Counted from the whole stretch's first letter, positions 12,085-23,969 are shown. The stretch: 59,888 bases of DNA, filler included, from Basidiobolus ranarum (GCA_040143965.1; 2 parts of 2 records of this genome joined end to end with filler, not necessarily neighbours in it), one strand, 5' to 3'. Made by a program: numbers and translations. The notes: a model not told the origin generated them from the sequence alone.

Positions 12085-15000
12085 ATGTTTACTCAATTGA
12101 ATTTCGTAAACATTGTGGTGTGTCGTCAGTGCCGACCTAGAGGAATCCTTTTTAGAGTGCGTCGTTATCCTCCCCCCTTTTCTCGTCGACGACTCGAAGT
12201 CCGTTTACTAGCTACACAGCCCAAGAAACAGGAAATATGTTCTTCCGTCGAATCACGAAAACTAGAAGGGCACTCCTTACAAAAGCCCACTTCTGCTCTT
12301 CTCAATGGTCCAAAACGTTCTCAATCCAGCTCTACTTACTTTCAAACCCACTTACATTCTGAAACCTGGCAAACTGCTTTCAAAACCCTTTTTTCTTTGG
12401 TTAATTCTCGGGAAGTGAAACCCCTTTCAAGTGAGCAATTTACTAACCTTTTGAGGGTTGTTAATAGTGAAAAACTCACTTTTGAGGCTGGTCGTATATT
12501 TGCAACAGAAGTTCAAGAATTCCTCGTAAACACTAAGCTAGCGTTGGATGGAACAGAAGAATTTACCACGTTGATAGAGTTTTATGGAAAAAACGGGCTG
12601 ATTGAGGAAGCAAAGGTGAGATTGCTTGAAATGGAGGAACAAGGTCTCAAACTAGATGCGGTCGAGTATAGGCAACTAATCGATTTATTCGGGAGAGAAG
12701 ACCCCAAAGAAGCATTCAGCCTTTACAAAACTATGTTAGGCCAAGGAATCCAACCTGATGCCTCGATATATCATATTTTATTAACACATTGTGTCAAGCA
12801 GAGAGATCCGCAATTATTGTCCGCCATTCATGCAGATATTTCACATCATCGCGTTCCCATCAATTTTGAAATCCGGAATCTCTTGATAACTGGTTATTGC
12901 AGAAATTCAGAGCTTGTGAAAGCGAGAGAGCTGTGTCAAGAGAAAGGAGCATCTTTAAGCGTCCAAAGTTACAATCTTTTAATGAGTTCCTTAGAGAATG
13001 CATCGTGTGATAAAGAGGCGCTTTCAATATTTGATCATATGGCTACGCATAATGTGACTCCGGACACTCAGACCTTGTCTATACTAACGAGTATCTTTGC
13101 CAAATTCCCGGTTTCTTCACAATTAGTTGAGTCCTACATGAATCAATCAAAGTCCTATGATAGTCGGTTGAAAACAAGTGCCTATAACTCCCTTTTAAAT
13201 GCTCACATCAAACAACCTGATATGGCACCAGCTCTAAAAATCTATGAAAGTATGGTTGCCCACGAGGTCCATCCACATCGTGGAAGTTGCCATCATCTCC
13301 TGAGTGCGCTTGTAAAAAGTTCGAAAATGAAGAATGCCGAGGCTTTAGTCACATCCATGATCTCTCGCGGCATAAAGCCAACCACTTTGACCTACAATAT
13401 TCTCATCAATGGGTGGGTAAAAAATTCCAATTTGAGCAAAGCAAGGGGGCTTTTTGAGACAATGTTGGAGCTTGGGTTGATGCCTACCGTCTCTACTTAC
13501 ACTATACTCTTGAATGGATACGCTAAAGCCGGGAACTCGGAGGAAATTTCCCATCTTTGTAATGACATGCAGAGGCGTGGCGTAGTGCCAGATGCCAAAT
13601 TCTTTACGTCACAGATTCATTCGTTCATCCAGTTTGGAGAGTGCGATCGAGGAATCCAAGCTTATCAAAAGATGCTCCAATCCAACATTCAACCTGATAT
13701 CGTAACCTATTCGACAGTCATTCAAGCTTACATGAGACAAACGAAGGTGGAGAAGGCAGTGGAGGTATACAAACAAATGGAAGCTCTGGGAATCCCACCA
13801 AATGCCGTGATATACACCAATATATTGCATGGTTACCTTCAGCGGTCGATGTTTCAGGATGCCTTACGAGTGTTCCATAAGATGCAAGAAAGAAACATCC
13901 GTCCAGATATCGTTGCTTATACAAGCATGATCAGTGGGCATCTTCAACAGTCAGACATCCCCGAGGCATTAGCACTCTACAAAAAAGCACTATCAGCAGG
14001 AGATAAACCAGATCTGGTGCTATACACTGCACTTATCCGTGGGCTCTCAGTCAAATCAGACACCAAGCAAATCCTGAACCTATTTAACTTAATGAAAGAG
14101 CAAGGGTTTGCCCCGGACTTGAAAGCATACAACACGTTGATCCATGCGTTGGTCCGAAGGAAAAACGTCCAAGGTGCTATGAAAATGCTCCTTGACATGG
14201 AGTCTCACAACATCAAACCAGATGTAACGACATTCAGTACGCTAATCCAAGGCTATGTGAAGGTCGGGGAGATTCACCAAGCTATGAAGCTATTTGATGA
14301 GATGTCGACGCGAGGCATTTCTCCTAATGTTTATACTTTCACCACACTGATCAATGGATTTGCCAAAAAGTCCGACATGAAAAATGTCTTCAAACTACTC
14401 CAAGAGATGCTGGACCAAGGCCTTTATCCTAACGAGGTTACTTACGTTGCGTTAATCCACGCCTGTACACTGCGCCTGGAAATGGTGCGTGCTATGGATC
14501 TTTATCAGAATATGCTTTTGCGTGACCTGAAGCCGAACATCCAAATTTATACATCGTTGATTCGAGGGTTTGCAAGAGTTCAAGACATGGAGACTGGAAC
14601 TCAGCTTTTAACCAAGATGTTTGCCTCTGGTTTAGAGCCTGATGTCAGAACATACTCGGTAGTTATTTCTGGATTCATGGCCCAAGGCAACACTGAGCGC
14701 GCTATGATAGTGTATCGTGATATGATTGAACGGAATGTAACGCCTGACTTAAGCCTCTACACTGTTCTCGTGGATGGCTATGCTAAGTTGTCCGAAATGG
14801 ATCAGGCAATGAGATATTTTGGTGAGATGAAATCCAAGGGGATTCAACCAGACGTCTGCCTGTATACCGCATTGATCAACGGCTACTCTCGAGATTCAGA
14901 TATGAGCAATGCTATGCGACTGTTTGATGAAATGTTAGCAGAGGATATTCTCCCAGACGTCAAAGTATACACCAGTCTGATCAGTGGCTATGCTAAGAAG

Positions 15001-15108
15001 GCGGATCTCCATGGAGCACGAAAGTTATTTGAAGATATGACAACACGAGGAATTCATCCGGATGGTTATTTGTACGATATCTTGAACTATGCACGAACGA
15101 AAACATAG
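12085..15108 (+). CDS. Pentatricopeptide repeat protein with ~24 P-type motifs, probably mitochondrial
   Basis: Intronless 1007-aa ORF with an Arg-rich, acid-poor N-terminus and tandem 35-aa motifs such as VTTFSTLIQGYVKVGEIHQAMKLFDEMSTRGISPN. Confidence 0.93.
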   Translation: MFTQLNFVNIVVCRQCRPRGILFRVRRYPPPFSRRRLEVRLLATQPKKQEICSSVESRKLEGHSLQKPTSALLNGPKRSQSSSTYFQTHLHSETWQTAFKTLFSLVNSREVKPLSSEQFTNLLRVVNSEKLTFEAGRIFATEVQEFLVNTKLALDGTEEFTTLIEFYGKNGLIEEAKVRLLEMEEQGLKLDAVEYRQLIDLFGREDPKEAFSLYKTMLGQGIQPDASIYHILLTHCVKQRDPQLLSAIHADISHHRVPINFEIRNLLITGYCRNSELVKARELCQEKGASLSVQSYNLLMSSLENASCDKEALSIFDHMATHNVTPDTQTLSILTSIFAKFPVSSQLVESYMNQSKSYDSRLKTSAYNSLLNAHIKQPDMAPALKIYESMVAHEVHPHRGSCHHLLSALVKSSKMKNAEALVTSMISRGIKPTTLTYNILINGWVKNSNLSKARGLFETMLELGLMPTVSTYTILLNGYAKAGNSEEISHLCNDMQRRGVVPDAKFFTSQIHSFIQFGECDRGIQAYQKMLQSNIQPDIVTYSTVIQAYMRQTKVEKAVEVYKQMEALGIPPNAVIYTNILHGYLQRSMFQDALRVFHKMQERNIRPDIVAYTSMISGHLQQSDIPEALALYKKALSAGDKPDLVLYTALIRGLSVKSDTKQILNLFNLMKEQGFAPDLKAYNTLIHALVRRKNVQGAMKMLLDMESHNIKPDVTTFSTLIQGYVKVGEIHQAMKLFDEMSTRGISPNVYTFTTLINGFAKKSDMKNVFKLLQEMLDQGLYPNEVTYVALIHACTLRLEMVRAMDLYQNMLLRDLKPNIQIYTSLIRGFARVQDMETGTQLLTKMFASGLEPDVRTYSVVISGFMAQGNTERAMIVYRDMIERNVTPDLSLYTVLVDGYAKLSEMDQAMRYFGEMKSKGIQPDVCLYTALINGYSRDSDMSNAMRLFDEMLAEDILPDVKVYTSLISGYAKKADLHGARKLFEDMTTRGIHPDGYLYDILNYARTKT

Positions 15109-16029
15109 TCTTGTTTGATTAGATTTCTGCCATTTCTACGACTTTGCCCTATTGCCCTCATACTCGCCCAAATGCCCAATGCCCAAATGGGGATATACCA
15201 ACCTCTCCCGGTTACACGCTCACATTTTCTTCGATATATTTATTTCTCACATTCCTCTCTTTATTTCCCTCAAGCATTCTCCTTCATGTTTATTTTTACC
15301 ACGCAAACAATGCATCTCATATCCATTCACAATTCCATCGACTCAGCGCCACGAAATACACCGCGACCCATCATGATTTTCACTTTGTATACACGTGACT
15401 ACATCCTCATTATAGACCAAAAAATCAACCTTCCCGTTACTAGATAAATAATATACACTTCTATATAATACAACCTTATAAGGCACATATAAACGTTGAC
15501 CTTCAACCAGGTAGCAATGATCTCTATTCAGTCACCCGTTCAACGGTGTCCGTGTGTTACTTGATGTGAGTGTATGTTACTCAATGCATTCTAGACTTGG
15601 CTCTATTGCTTATCTCAAACAAATATATGGAGAGCATGTGGGGAGGATTGAGGGAATAAATCATTGATTCTAGACTCCATCGTATCCCCATAAATTTATA
15701 ACCTGGGGTCGTAGCGGTAAATACCTCATTTCATCATGGGGGAAATTGGGGGGAGTATAGAATAAACTATCCAATTCTCCAAATATCCATGAATTCTCGA
15801 ATGAAGATCGAATCCTGGGATGTCCATAAGAAATATTGGGATTTGAAAGAAAAGAGATAGTGTTAAGTATTTGGAAATTTCACTGAAAATTCACCACCAC
15901 TTTAATAAAAGAAAAGGTGTAGTGCTATTTCATTCAGTAGAATAATATTACCTTATAAAATTTCCCCTCTTAAGGTGATAATTCTCTACAGAATATACAA
16001 ATATTTTACCACCTTTCTTTAACCCTTCC

Positions 16030-17250
16030 ATGAGCTTCGTTGGAGTTCACTTGAGAACTTTGGTCTTATCCCAAAGTAGACACCATTTGCGAGCAATCAA
16101 AATACCTAGACCTTTACTGACGAAAACCCCGATATTTCGGAGATATCGTTTCACCAATGTACAAACAATACCTTCAACCCTCGAACGTACTTCTCCTTTG
16201 GAAGTAGACCGAGAAAAAAACCACTTGGATGAAAGTATAAAATTGATGGATTATGAAGGAGCTTGGAACATTTACACTCGTTTAGTTGAAACTCGAGAAC
16301 CTCATAATGTACCGTTGGAAAGTGTGGTGAATTTAATCCGGTTAATACTCGACCATAAAACCGATAACTTGAGAAGATTGAAACAACTCAGTCAATTGAT
16401 AGAATATTTGGAAACTACTGGAAACACTTTACCTACTCCTAAAGATTACACTTTGGTAATGAAATATTTCGGTAAGCATGGACATAGGTTTACCGATAAT
16501 AAGGAACTAACTGGATTGGTGTTGAAACAAATGTTGTCTTTATATCAAGAAATGGCGGAAAAATCTATCCCTATAGATAATACAATATTCGGTGCTTTGA
16601 TAAAGGGCTTAAGTAAGAATTCAAAATTGAATGAAGCTTTTCAGTTGTATGAGGATATGTTGAGTTTGAATTTAACTCCAACTGTATCTACTTATAACAC
16701 ATTGCTAAGTATCTATACGAAGACTGGCAAAATCCCCCAGGCCCTTGAGATGTACGAACAGATGAAGAGTAAACAGTTGGTGGCTGACACAGTAACATAC
16801 ACAACGCTGATTAATGGACTCTTGAAGTGTAATGAGCATCGTAAAGCCATGGAGATATACCAAGAGATGACTGACAGCAAGATCCGTTTGAACGTGATCA
16901 CATACACAACACTTATCGATGGTCACGTTAAACAGGGCAACATCCCAGAGGCCATGAAGATATACTCCGATATGGTTGCAAATGAGGTAGCCCCTACTGT
17001 AGTGACATACAATGTTCTGATCAATGGCCATATGAGAAATGGCAACTTGAATGGTGCTATGGAACTGTACCAGGACATGCTGGCCCACTCAATTTCTCCA
17101 ACGGTTGTCACTTTTAACACACTGATAGAGGGATACGTAAGAATCAGAGATGTCCAAGCTGTTACCAAGCTCTATCGTGACATGTTGTTCCTCAAGATCC
17201 AACCGACCGAGATCACCAGAAGAACCATAGCTAAGCTTGAGCGTCAATAG
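16030..17250 (+). CDS. Pentatricopeptide repeat protein with ~6-7 motifs, probably mitochondrial
   Basis: Intronless 406-aa ORF with a presequence-like N-terminus and motifs such as VVTYNVLINGHMRNGNLNGAMELYQDMLAHSISPT. Confidence 0.92.
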   Translation: MSFVGVHLRTLVLSQSRHHLRAIKIPRPLLTKTPIFRRYRFTNVQTIPSTLERTSPLEVDREKNHLDESIKLMDYEGAWNIYTRLVETREPHNVPLESVVNLIRLILDHKTDNLRRLKQLSQLIEYLETTGNTLPTPKDYTLVMKYFGKHGHRFTDNKELTGLVLKQMLSLYQEMAEKSIPIDNTIFGALIKGLSKNSKLNEAFQLYEDMLSLNLTPTVSTYNTLLSIYTKTGKIPQALEMYEQMKSKQLVADTVTYTTLINGLLKCNEHRKAMEIYQEMTDSKIRLNVITYTTLIDGHVKQGNIPEAMKIYSDMVANEVAPTVVTYNVLINGHMRNGNLNGAMELYQDMLAHSISPTVVTFNTLIEGYVRIRDVQAVTKLYRDMLFLKIQPTEITRRTIAKLERQ

Positions 17251-17835
17251 TAACCGTACACAGATATACAACCAGCGCGAATGGATCTAGAATATCTTGT
17301 TCAGTTATCTATCTCTTTAATACTATAAGCATTTTCTAGAATATGTACTTCTAGAATATACTACCCAATGTACAGAACAATAAAAACATTCATTCTATTA
17401 TATCTCTAGCGGCTGTTCGAGGCCCGCTCTATAATCTTTGCAGTAGATCTTTTGATGTACCATGACCGCATGTTTACTTCATCTAGTGGGACACAGGGTT
17501 CAGAATGATCAGACTGAGGAACAATCAGCATTACTTGCCAGCCCCTTTTCAACGCTTACCCATTTCAAGGAGAATCCGGTTAGTGATTGGACCTTCAACG
17601 TGGGGGAGCAAAGCACTACATACATTTTAAAGTGTTAAAGGATTGTAGCATATACTATACCCGCGGCATCCAGTACCAGCGATGATAACCAATGTAAACT
17701 CCTTTTTAGAGGGCGATGATCCTCTCATCCCCAATCAGCCAATCAATGCACAATCTACCGATTCGAGTCCTACTATTTAAGAAAAGAAAAGAAGTCAAGT
17801 AATTTCCAGATTCATTTTACCGCATCGTTTTAGCA

Positions 17836-18336
17836 ATGTTCACCAAGAGTCCCATATATCATACAGCTGTGGAGTCAAACGCCTCAACCCCTTCGAATGC
17901 TTACGAAATCGGGGAAAGCATTCGTGCCATGGATAACAAGTACAATACAAGCTTTCAATTGTGGATAAGAAACCCTTCAAATGCCCAATGCATTGGGTCA
18001 AGACTTCGTAGATTAGGTGAGGAGTGCGCTGTCGAGCAACTTGCTCTAGCCATGAGATGGACAGCTGAAGGCTGGAGTGAGAAATCTTGTCGAGTGTTGT
18101 TTCAACATGTAACTTATCGTTGGCCAGAAACTAGAAAGAAGTCATTGATTGACGAACTGTTAAAGCCTGCCTTGACGAAATCTCACCAACTTCCACCACT
18201 AAGAAACCCTCGATACACCAGGAGACATACTCCTTACTCACCGACAGAGAGAAAAAGGTCTATCTCTTGCTCAAACCAGGAACATATTGTTGTCTCTAGT
18301 CAGCTGAACACCAACAACCACTCGAATCAACATTAA
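17836..18336 (+). CDS. Hypothetical protein (Trp-rich helical domain plus basic disordered tail)
   Basis: 166-aa ATG ORF preceded by two CCAAT boxes (~17731, ~17739) and a TATTTAAG element (~17774). No family recognised. Confidence 0.6.
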   Translation: MFTKSPIYHTAVESNASTPSNAYEIGESIRAMDNKYNTSFQLWIRNPSNAQCIGSRLRRLGEECAVEQLALAMRWTAEGWSEKSCRVLFQHVTYRWPETRKKSLIDELLKPALTKSHQLPPLRNPRYTRRHTPYSPTERKRSISCSNQEHIVVSSQLNTNNHSNQH

Positions 18337-19319
18337 TCTAATTAGACACTTTGTCCACCATGTAATCATTTCTACTGTATATTATTTCCAGATTCACCTG
18401 TCTCTATAGATTCAATCTATTGTCTTCATAAAACTGTGTATCATATTCCCTAAATATTAGAATTAAATATCCATAACTTCAATGCCAAATACCGTTTCAG
18501 TAATGTAAATATTGCATTAAATATTACATTTAATATCACATTAAATATCATTGCCGTCTCAATAATAATAAGTAAATAACATCGTCTCAGTGATGTAGCT
18601 CCTTGCCCATAGCTATCTACGTACAGGTCCATGTGCATCTAATTAGAGTAATCTGATTTCCAATCATCTGAGAGAAACCAGTTAGGTCAACCGTTCATGA
18701 TAAAGGAGACTCTAGAAACTTCATATGGAAGCTGATCACCCAAGAAACATTATTGAGAAGATCTATCAGTGTCACATGCATATATCTCAAGCGGTTTCGT
18801 CTTTCGGCTTTCATACCAATGATTGTCTTTAGCCTGCATTGTGTTGACATGGATATACGACATGCGATACCAAACCAAATGGTCTACTTTTCTTGTCATA
18901 CAATTATGCATATCGACTCTCTTCACTGTTTATCGTTAATTTCAAGCAGAATCTATTCAAGTTGACTAAATCGTGAGGCTTGTTACATCTCACTATCTCT
19001 ACATCGAAGTAAACGTAGAAAGGCTAAGCCACAATGTTAGCATGAATAAGAACACAAAACAAACCTTCCAAAAGAATCATCGGGAAATACACAAATAGCC
19101 ATCGGAAAAACTTGGCTATTGTTGCATCAACCCTCGTCAACCAATAATCCAGATAATATTTATGTACTACTATATATCTATATGGACAAGATAATATAGC
19201 CTTGCTGTAATGGGATGAAATATATTCTAATATGTTCGTTAGTCGGCACTATCTGTCACTATTATTTCGTCTTGCTTTCTTGTAATTTTTGTCTGAACGT
19301 GTCGTAAAGTTCGCGAATA

Positions 19320-21242
19320 ATGGTTGTAAAAGTTGAGGTTGGAACTTATATAAAATCCCAAGGAATCCTACGGAAAGTTGTACTCGTTATCATCGGACTT
19401 CCCTTGGCTCTACTACTTGTCTTTCAGATCGTATTGGTTGGCTCCTTTATGGTCCCAGTGTTGATTCCATTCATTAGTAAAGCAACTTCTCTTCCTTTTA
19501 TCCAAGAGGAATCCTTTAAGCTTGATTCAAACTAACGAGTTTCCTTTTTAGTTCTATCTTATTTATCGGTTTGGCTGGTATATTATAAATATGGTAGGTT
19601 TTTAAAACTAGATCTATCAAGACTAAAACTAAAGAACAGAAAACTCCTACTCTCCTCTATCTCACACTCCGTTTCTTAGCTCAAAATACTCCAAGGCTGA
19701 AACTTCCTTATAATCCAATCCGCATATATAAAATTATTTATGTCTTTGTCGAGTGTGTTGATGAATTACTGACTGGCCCGTTCCTTCCTACTTTTTGGCA
19801 ATGGCTACGAGTGAAAATATTTGAACCCAGTTTGCCTTCACAATCCTTGAAGTAAGCTAAAGTCTCTCGAACCTTTCCTACCTAAAGTTACTGAGGTTTA
19901 ACTCTTAAACTTAGAAAAAATATCGTCTATAGTGAAAACCAACCAAACCGTAAACTAGATATTTATCTCCCTTCCTTGAATACCCAAAAACTCAACTCAA
20001 AGAGTCATTCCGCGACGGTAGAGCCCTCCGAAACTGCTCCTAGCCCAGTTATAGTGGTGGCATGCGGTGGTACCTGGAATAAAGGTTGGGACATCGCGTG
20101 GTAGCTGATTGTGAAGTGAACAGATACTAACCTCCAAGTAGCAGGTAGTAGGGATGTATATTCACCAATGGCACAAACTCTACGGAAACTTGGATATCTA
20201 ATAGTACTAGTGGAGTGTGACCGGTATTCAGATGTAAGATGTGTTTCATAGAAACGTCTATTCCCAATATTTACTCATAAAATGCTGTTGTTAGACTAAG
20301 ATTGGCGACATGATAGCGGCGATGCAGCAGGCAGTGACCTGGATCTTCTCTCATATTAGGTTCGTTGAACATTTGATGTTAAATTGCAGATGTACTGACA
20401 CTTCTTGTATTGAATGAAGGGAGTATGGCGGCGATATAAATCAAATCTATCTCATGGGCCATGGTGCTGGTGCACACCTGGCGTCGTTGGCCATTATTCA
20501 TGACGCATTATCGTCACTTGATCTTTTACCTGAGAGCGGCCTAGCGTCTAATCGTATCAAGATTCCCACATGGCGTCTCAACAAAGCGCCCAAAGTGAGA
20601 GGACTGATATTGTAAGTGCTCTCCTTCTAGTTCCATCGCTTGATCTTATGCTGATTCCATTGAAAGGTTCTCCGGTATTTTTGACACTATAGCTCAATAC
20701 GATCATGAGAAGCATCGAGGAATTGAGGAGATATCTGGATTATCAAGAGTCATGGGTAAGCAGTCAGTGGTGATATCCCAATAAATCTCCTCTCTTAACT
20801 CTTGTCTATAAGGTCTTTCCGGCTCACCGAGTGGACTGACTTCCCCTTCAGCACTACTACTGCATGTGTTGAAATGCAGAAATCAAGATACCTTACGCTC
20901 GATACTCCCATCGAAAATGCTCATTGTTCATGGAGACAAGGTACTTTCACTCCAGGTGAAGCGTATAGCTCTGCCACTAACACTCTCACTTAGGACAATA
21001 TCGCACCACTTCACACTGCCCGCTCCTTCTTCAATCAGCTATGCAAGGTTGGGATATCGGACGTGAAGCTAAAGATCTACTCTAATATGAAACATATTAA
21101 TCCGGCCATTGGTACGCTTTCAATGAGTTCAATATAATCAATCAATATTAATAGATGGCATATTATGATAGGCTTCCTCGCGCAGACAACACCGTTTTGT
21201 GTATCACTACTGAACGATGTAGAAAGTTTCGTACAGTCTTGA
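19320..21242 (+). CDS. Isoprenylcysteine methylesterase (ICME)-like alpha/beta hydrolase, ~11 exons, nucleophile motif GHGAG
   Basis: Spliced by eye in one continuous frame: N-terminal TM segment; NIVYSENQPNRKLDIYLP; PVIVVACGGTWNKGS; EYGGDINQIYLMGHGAGAHLA; FSGIFD..AQYDHEKHRGIEEISGLSRVMG; LIVHGDKDNIAP; YSNMKH; stop TGA 21240-21242. Confidence 0.85.
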
Positions 21243-21699
21243 CCAGATAAATAAGGGTAAGGTTTGGGTGGATTTAATAGATCAGTTTTGAATGAAAGTT
21301 ACCGTAAACCATAAACCATAACCCATCCTTGTAATTAAGAGATTTGATCTTAGCTGAATTCCCTAATATATTCGTTAATATTCGTTAATAATATAAAAAT
21401 TCCACTGTTTAACTGACATCCGTTGAAAACGTAATATTGTAAGATTCCAAATGTAAGATGTTAGATACTTGTTGATTGAACCAATAGTTTACAAGATAAA
21501 TCAGGATTCCCATCTATGATAAATACTTGGTCATATGTTGACAACGGGCTTAGAATTCAGGGGGCAGGGTCATCAAGAGAATCTAGAAAAAATCCAGGAA
21601 TTTTTTTGAATTCTCATTGCTCGTGGATATCCAATTTCATTTATTTACTGAATTAACTGATAATTTTCCCGCTTTATCTTGCTCTTTCCTTGGTTGAAG

Positions 21700-23500
21700 A
21701 TGGCTCAAGAAATTACTAAAGGTGCTGAAAACCTTTCTATTCAGGAAGGTGAGTAATGGTTTCTTCACCTGACTGAATGATCACTTGCCGTACTCTTCGG
21801 ATATTAACCTGTCTTTGATTTTTCTGTTTATTCATTTAGCAACTGTCGTTTTTGTGGACGAAGTTAACGGTTCCGATGAGACCGGAAACGGTTCTCAAGA
21901 GGCCCCTTTCCAAACTCCCGTCGTTGCCCTTCAAAAAGGTGGTGATAACGCTACCGTCAAGGTTCAAAAGACTTCAGAGGAAGGATATAAAGATATCTCC
22001 GGTGCTGCTTTGAAAAAAGCTAAGAAGAAGGTCGAAGAACTCCAAAGAAAAGCCAAGAAGGCTGATGAACAACAAAAATCTGAAGCTGATAAGGTCGCCG
22101 CTCGTGCCGCTGAGGAAGCCAAGAGAATCGAAGAGTCTAAGCAAATCGTTCTTACTCAAGATCCTTCCCTTCCGGAAGCTGAAAAGATCAAAATTCGTAA
22201 TAGTGTGGAATCTCGTGGTAAACGCGTTAAGGTTTCCGGTTGGGTTCATCGTATGAGAACCCAAGGTAAGGATATGAGATTCATTATCCTTAGAGATGGT
22301 ACTGGTTACTTGCAAGTTGTCATGACTGGCAAACTTTGCCATACTTTCGATGCTCTCACCTTAACTATGGAGTCCACCGTCGTCGTCTATGGTATCATCA
22401 ATGAATTGCCCGAAGGTAAAACCGCCCCTGATCATCACGAACTTGTTGCTGATTACTGGGAACTTATTCACAAGGCCCCCGGAGGTGATGAAGCTTTCGG
22501 TAACAAATTGAATGAAGAATCTGATCCTTCCATTCTTTTCGATCAACGCCATCTTGTCATTCGTGGTGAGACTGCTTCCTCTGTATTGCGTGCTCGTTCA
22601 TGTGTTCAAAAGGCATTCCGTGATCATTTCCACTCCCGTGGTTACAATGAGGTTGTTCCCCCATGCATGGTTCAAACACAAGTTGAGGGTGGCAGTACTC
22701 TTTTCGAATTCAACTATTATGGTGAATCCGCATACTTGACTCAATCTTCCCAGCTTTACTTGGAAACTTGCTTGCCCGCTCTTGGAGATGTTTACTGCAT
22801 GTCCGAATCATTCCGTGCTGAGAAATCCCATACCAGAAGACATTTGTCTGAATACACCCATCTTGAAGCTGAAATGGCTTTCATTGATTTCGAAGATTTA
22901 CTCAACAGAATTGAAGATCTTGTATGCGATACCATCGATCGTGTCCTTGCCGATCCTGTTGCTTCTGAATTAGTCAAATCACTTAACCCCGATTTCCAGC
23001 CCCCTCAACGTCCTTTCCTTCGTATGGACTACACTGAGGCCATTGAGTGGCTCCGTGAGAACAACGTCCGTAAGGAAGACGGCACCACCTATGAATTCGG
23101 AGATGATATCCCCGAAGCCCCTGAACGTCAAATGACTGACAAGATTGGTCGCCCTATTCTTCTTCGTAGATTCCCCGTTGAAATCAAGAGTTTCTACATG
23201 AAGAAGGACAAGATTGACCCCCGTGTCACCGAAAGTGTTGATTTATTGATGCCAGGAGTTGGTGAGATTGTTGGTGGAAGTATGCGTATTTCTGATTTGG
23301 ATGAATTACTCGCCGGTTATAAGCGTGAGGGTATTGATCCTACCCCATACTACTGGTTCAGTGATCAACGTAAGTATGGTTCTTGTGAACACGGTGGTTA
23401 TGGCCTTGGTGTCGAACGTTTCCTCGCTTGGATCCTTAACCGTTACACTGTTCGTGAAGTCTGTCTCTACCCTAGATTCACCGGACGTTGCAGACCATAA
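21700..23500 (+). CDS. DED81: Cytoplasmic asparaginyl-tRNA synthetase, 2 exons (intron 21749-21839)
   Basis: Eukaryotic N-terminal extension VFVDEVNGSDETGNGS; OB-fold RVKVSGWVHRMR; motif 2 FRAEKSHTRRHLSEYTHLEAE; motif 3 HGGYGLGVERFLAW; ends YPRFTGRCRP. Confidence 0.97.
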
Positions 23501-23969
23501 AGTGATCGAATTGAGTCGGAAATGAGTCGATAAATTATTTACCCTTATTTGCCCTTATTGGCCATTTTTTTTCAATCGATTAATAAAATCCCTCTTTCTC
23601 GAATGTAATTAACGTAAAAATGGCCAAGATCATCATTCTCGAAACTTCCATCTATTGTTCAGTATGACTCATTGTGAGTCATGATGAGCGAGCGATACCA
23701 AGATTTATCACATCTGTACTATTACTGACCTAATCTTGCCAGGAATTTAATCAACATTAAGTTCATTTGCTAAACCTAGCCCCAACTTGATTAATTTAAC
23801 TAAAATACTAACTTTTATGCTATTACTAAGCTAATAGGATAAGAAATGATTTTAATTTAGGATTCAATTATAATTTATTGTGCAATCTCATAAATTCAAT
23901 GTCACAAAAAAAGTCAACTTAATTCTTGTGTACATGGACATAAATTGCTAACTATGGACATTCAGATAC

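Noticed and set aside
15166-15191. TGCCCAA(A) triple repeat and overlapping short ORFs after the PPR gene
   Set aside because: A simple 3'-UTR microrepeat; the ORFs are low-complexity and start at TTG.
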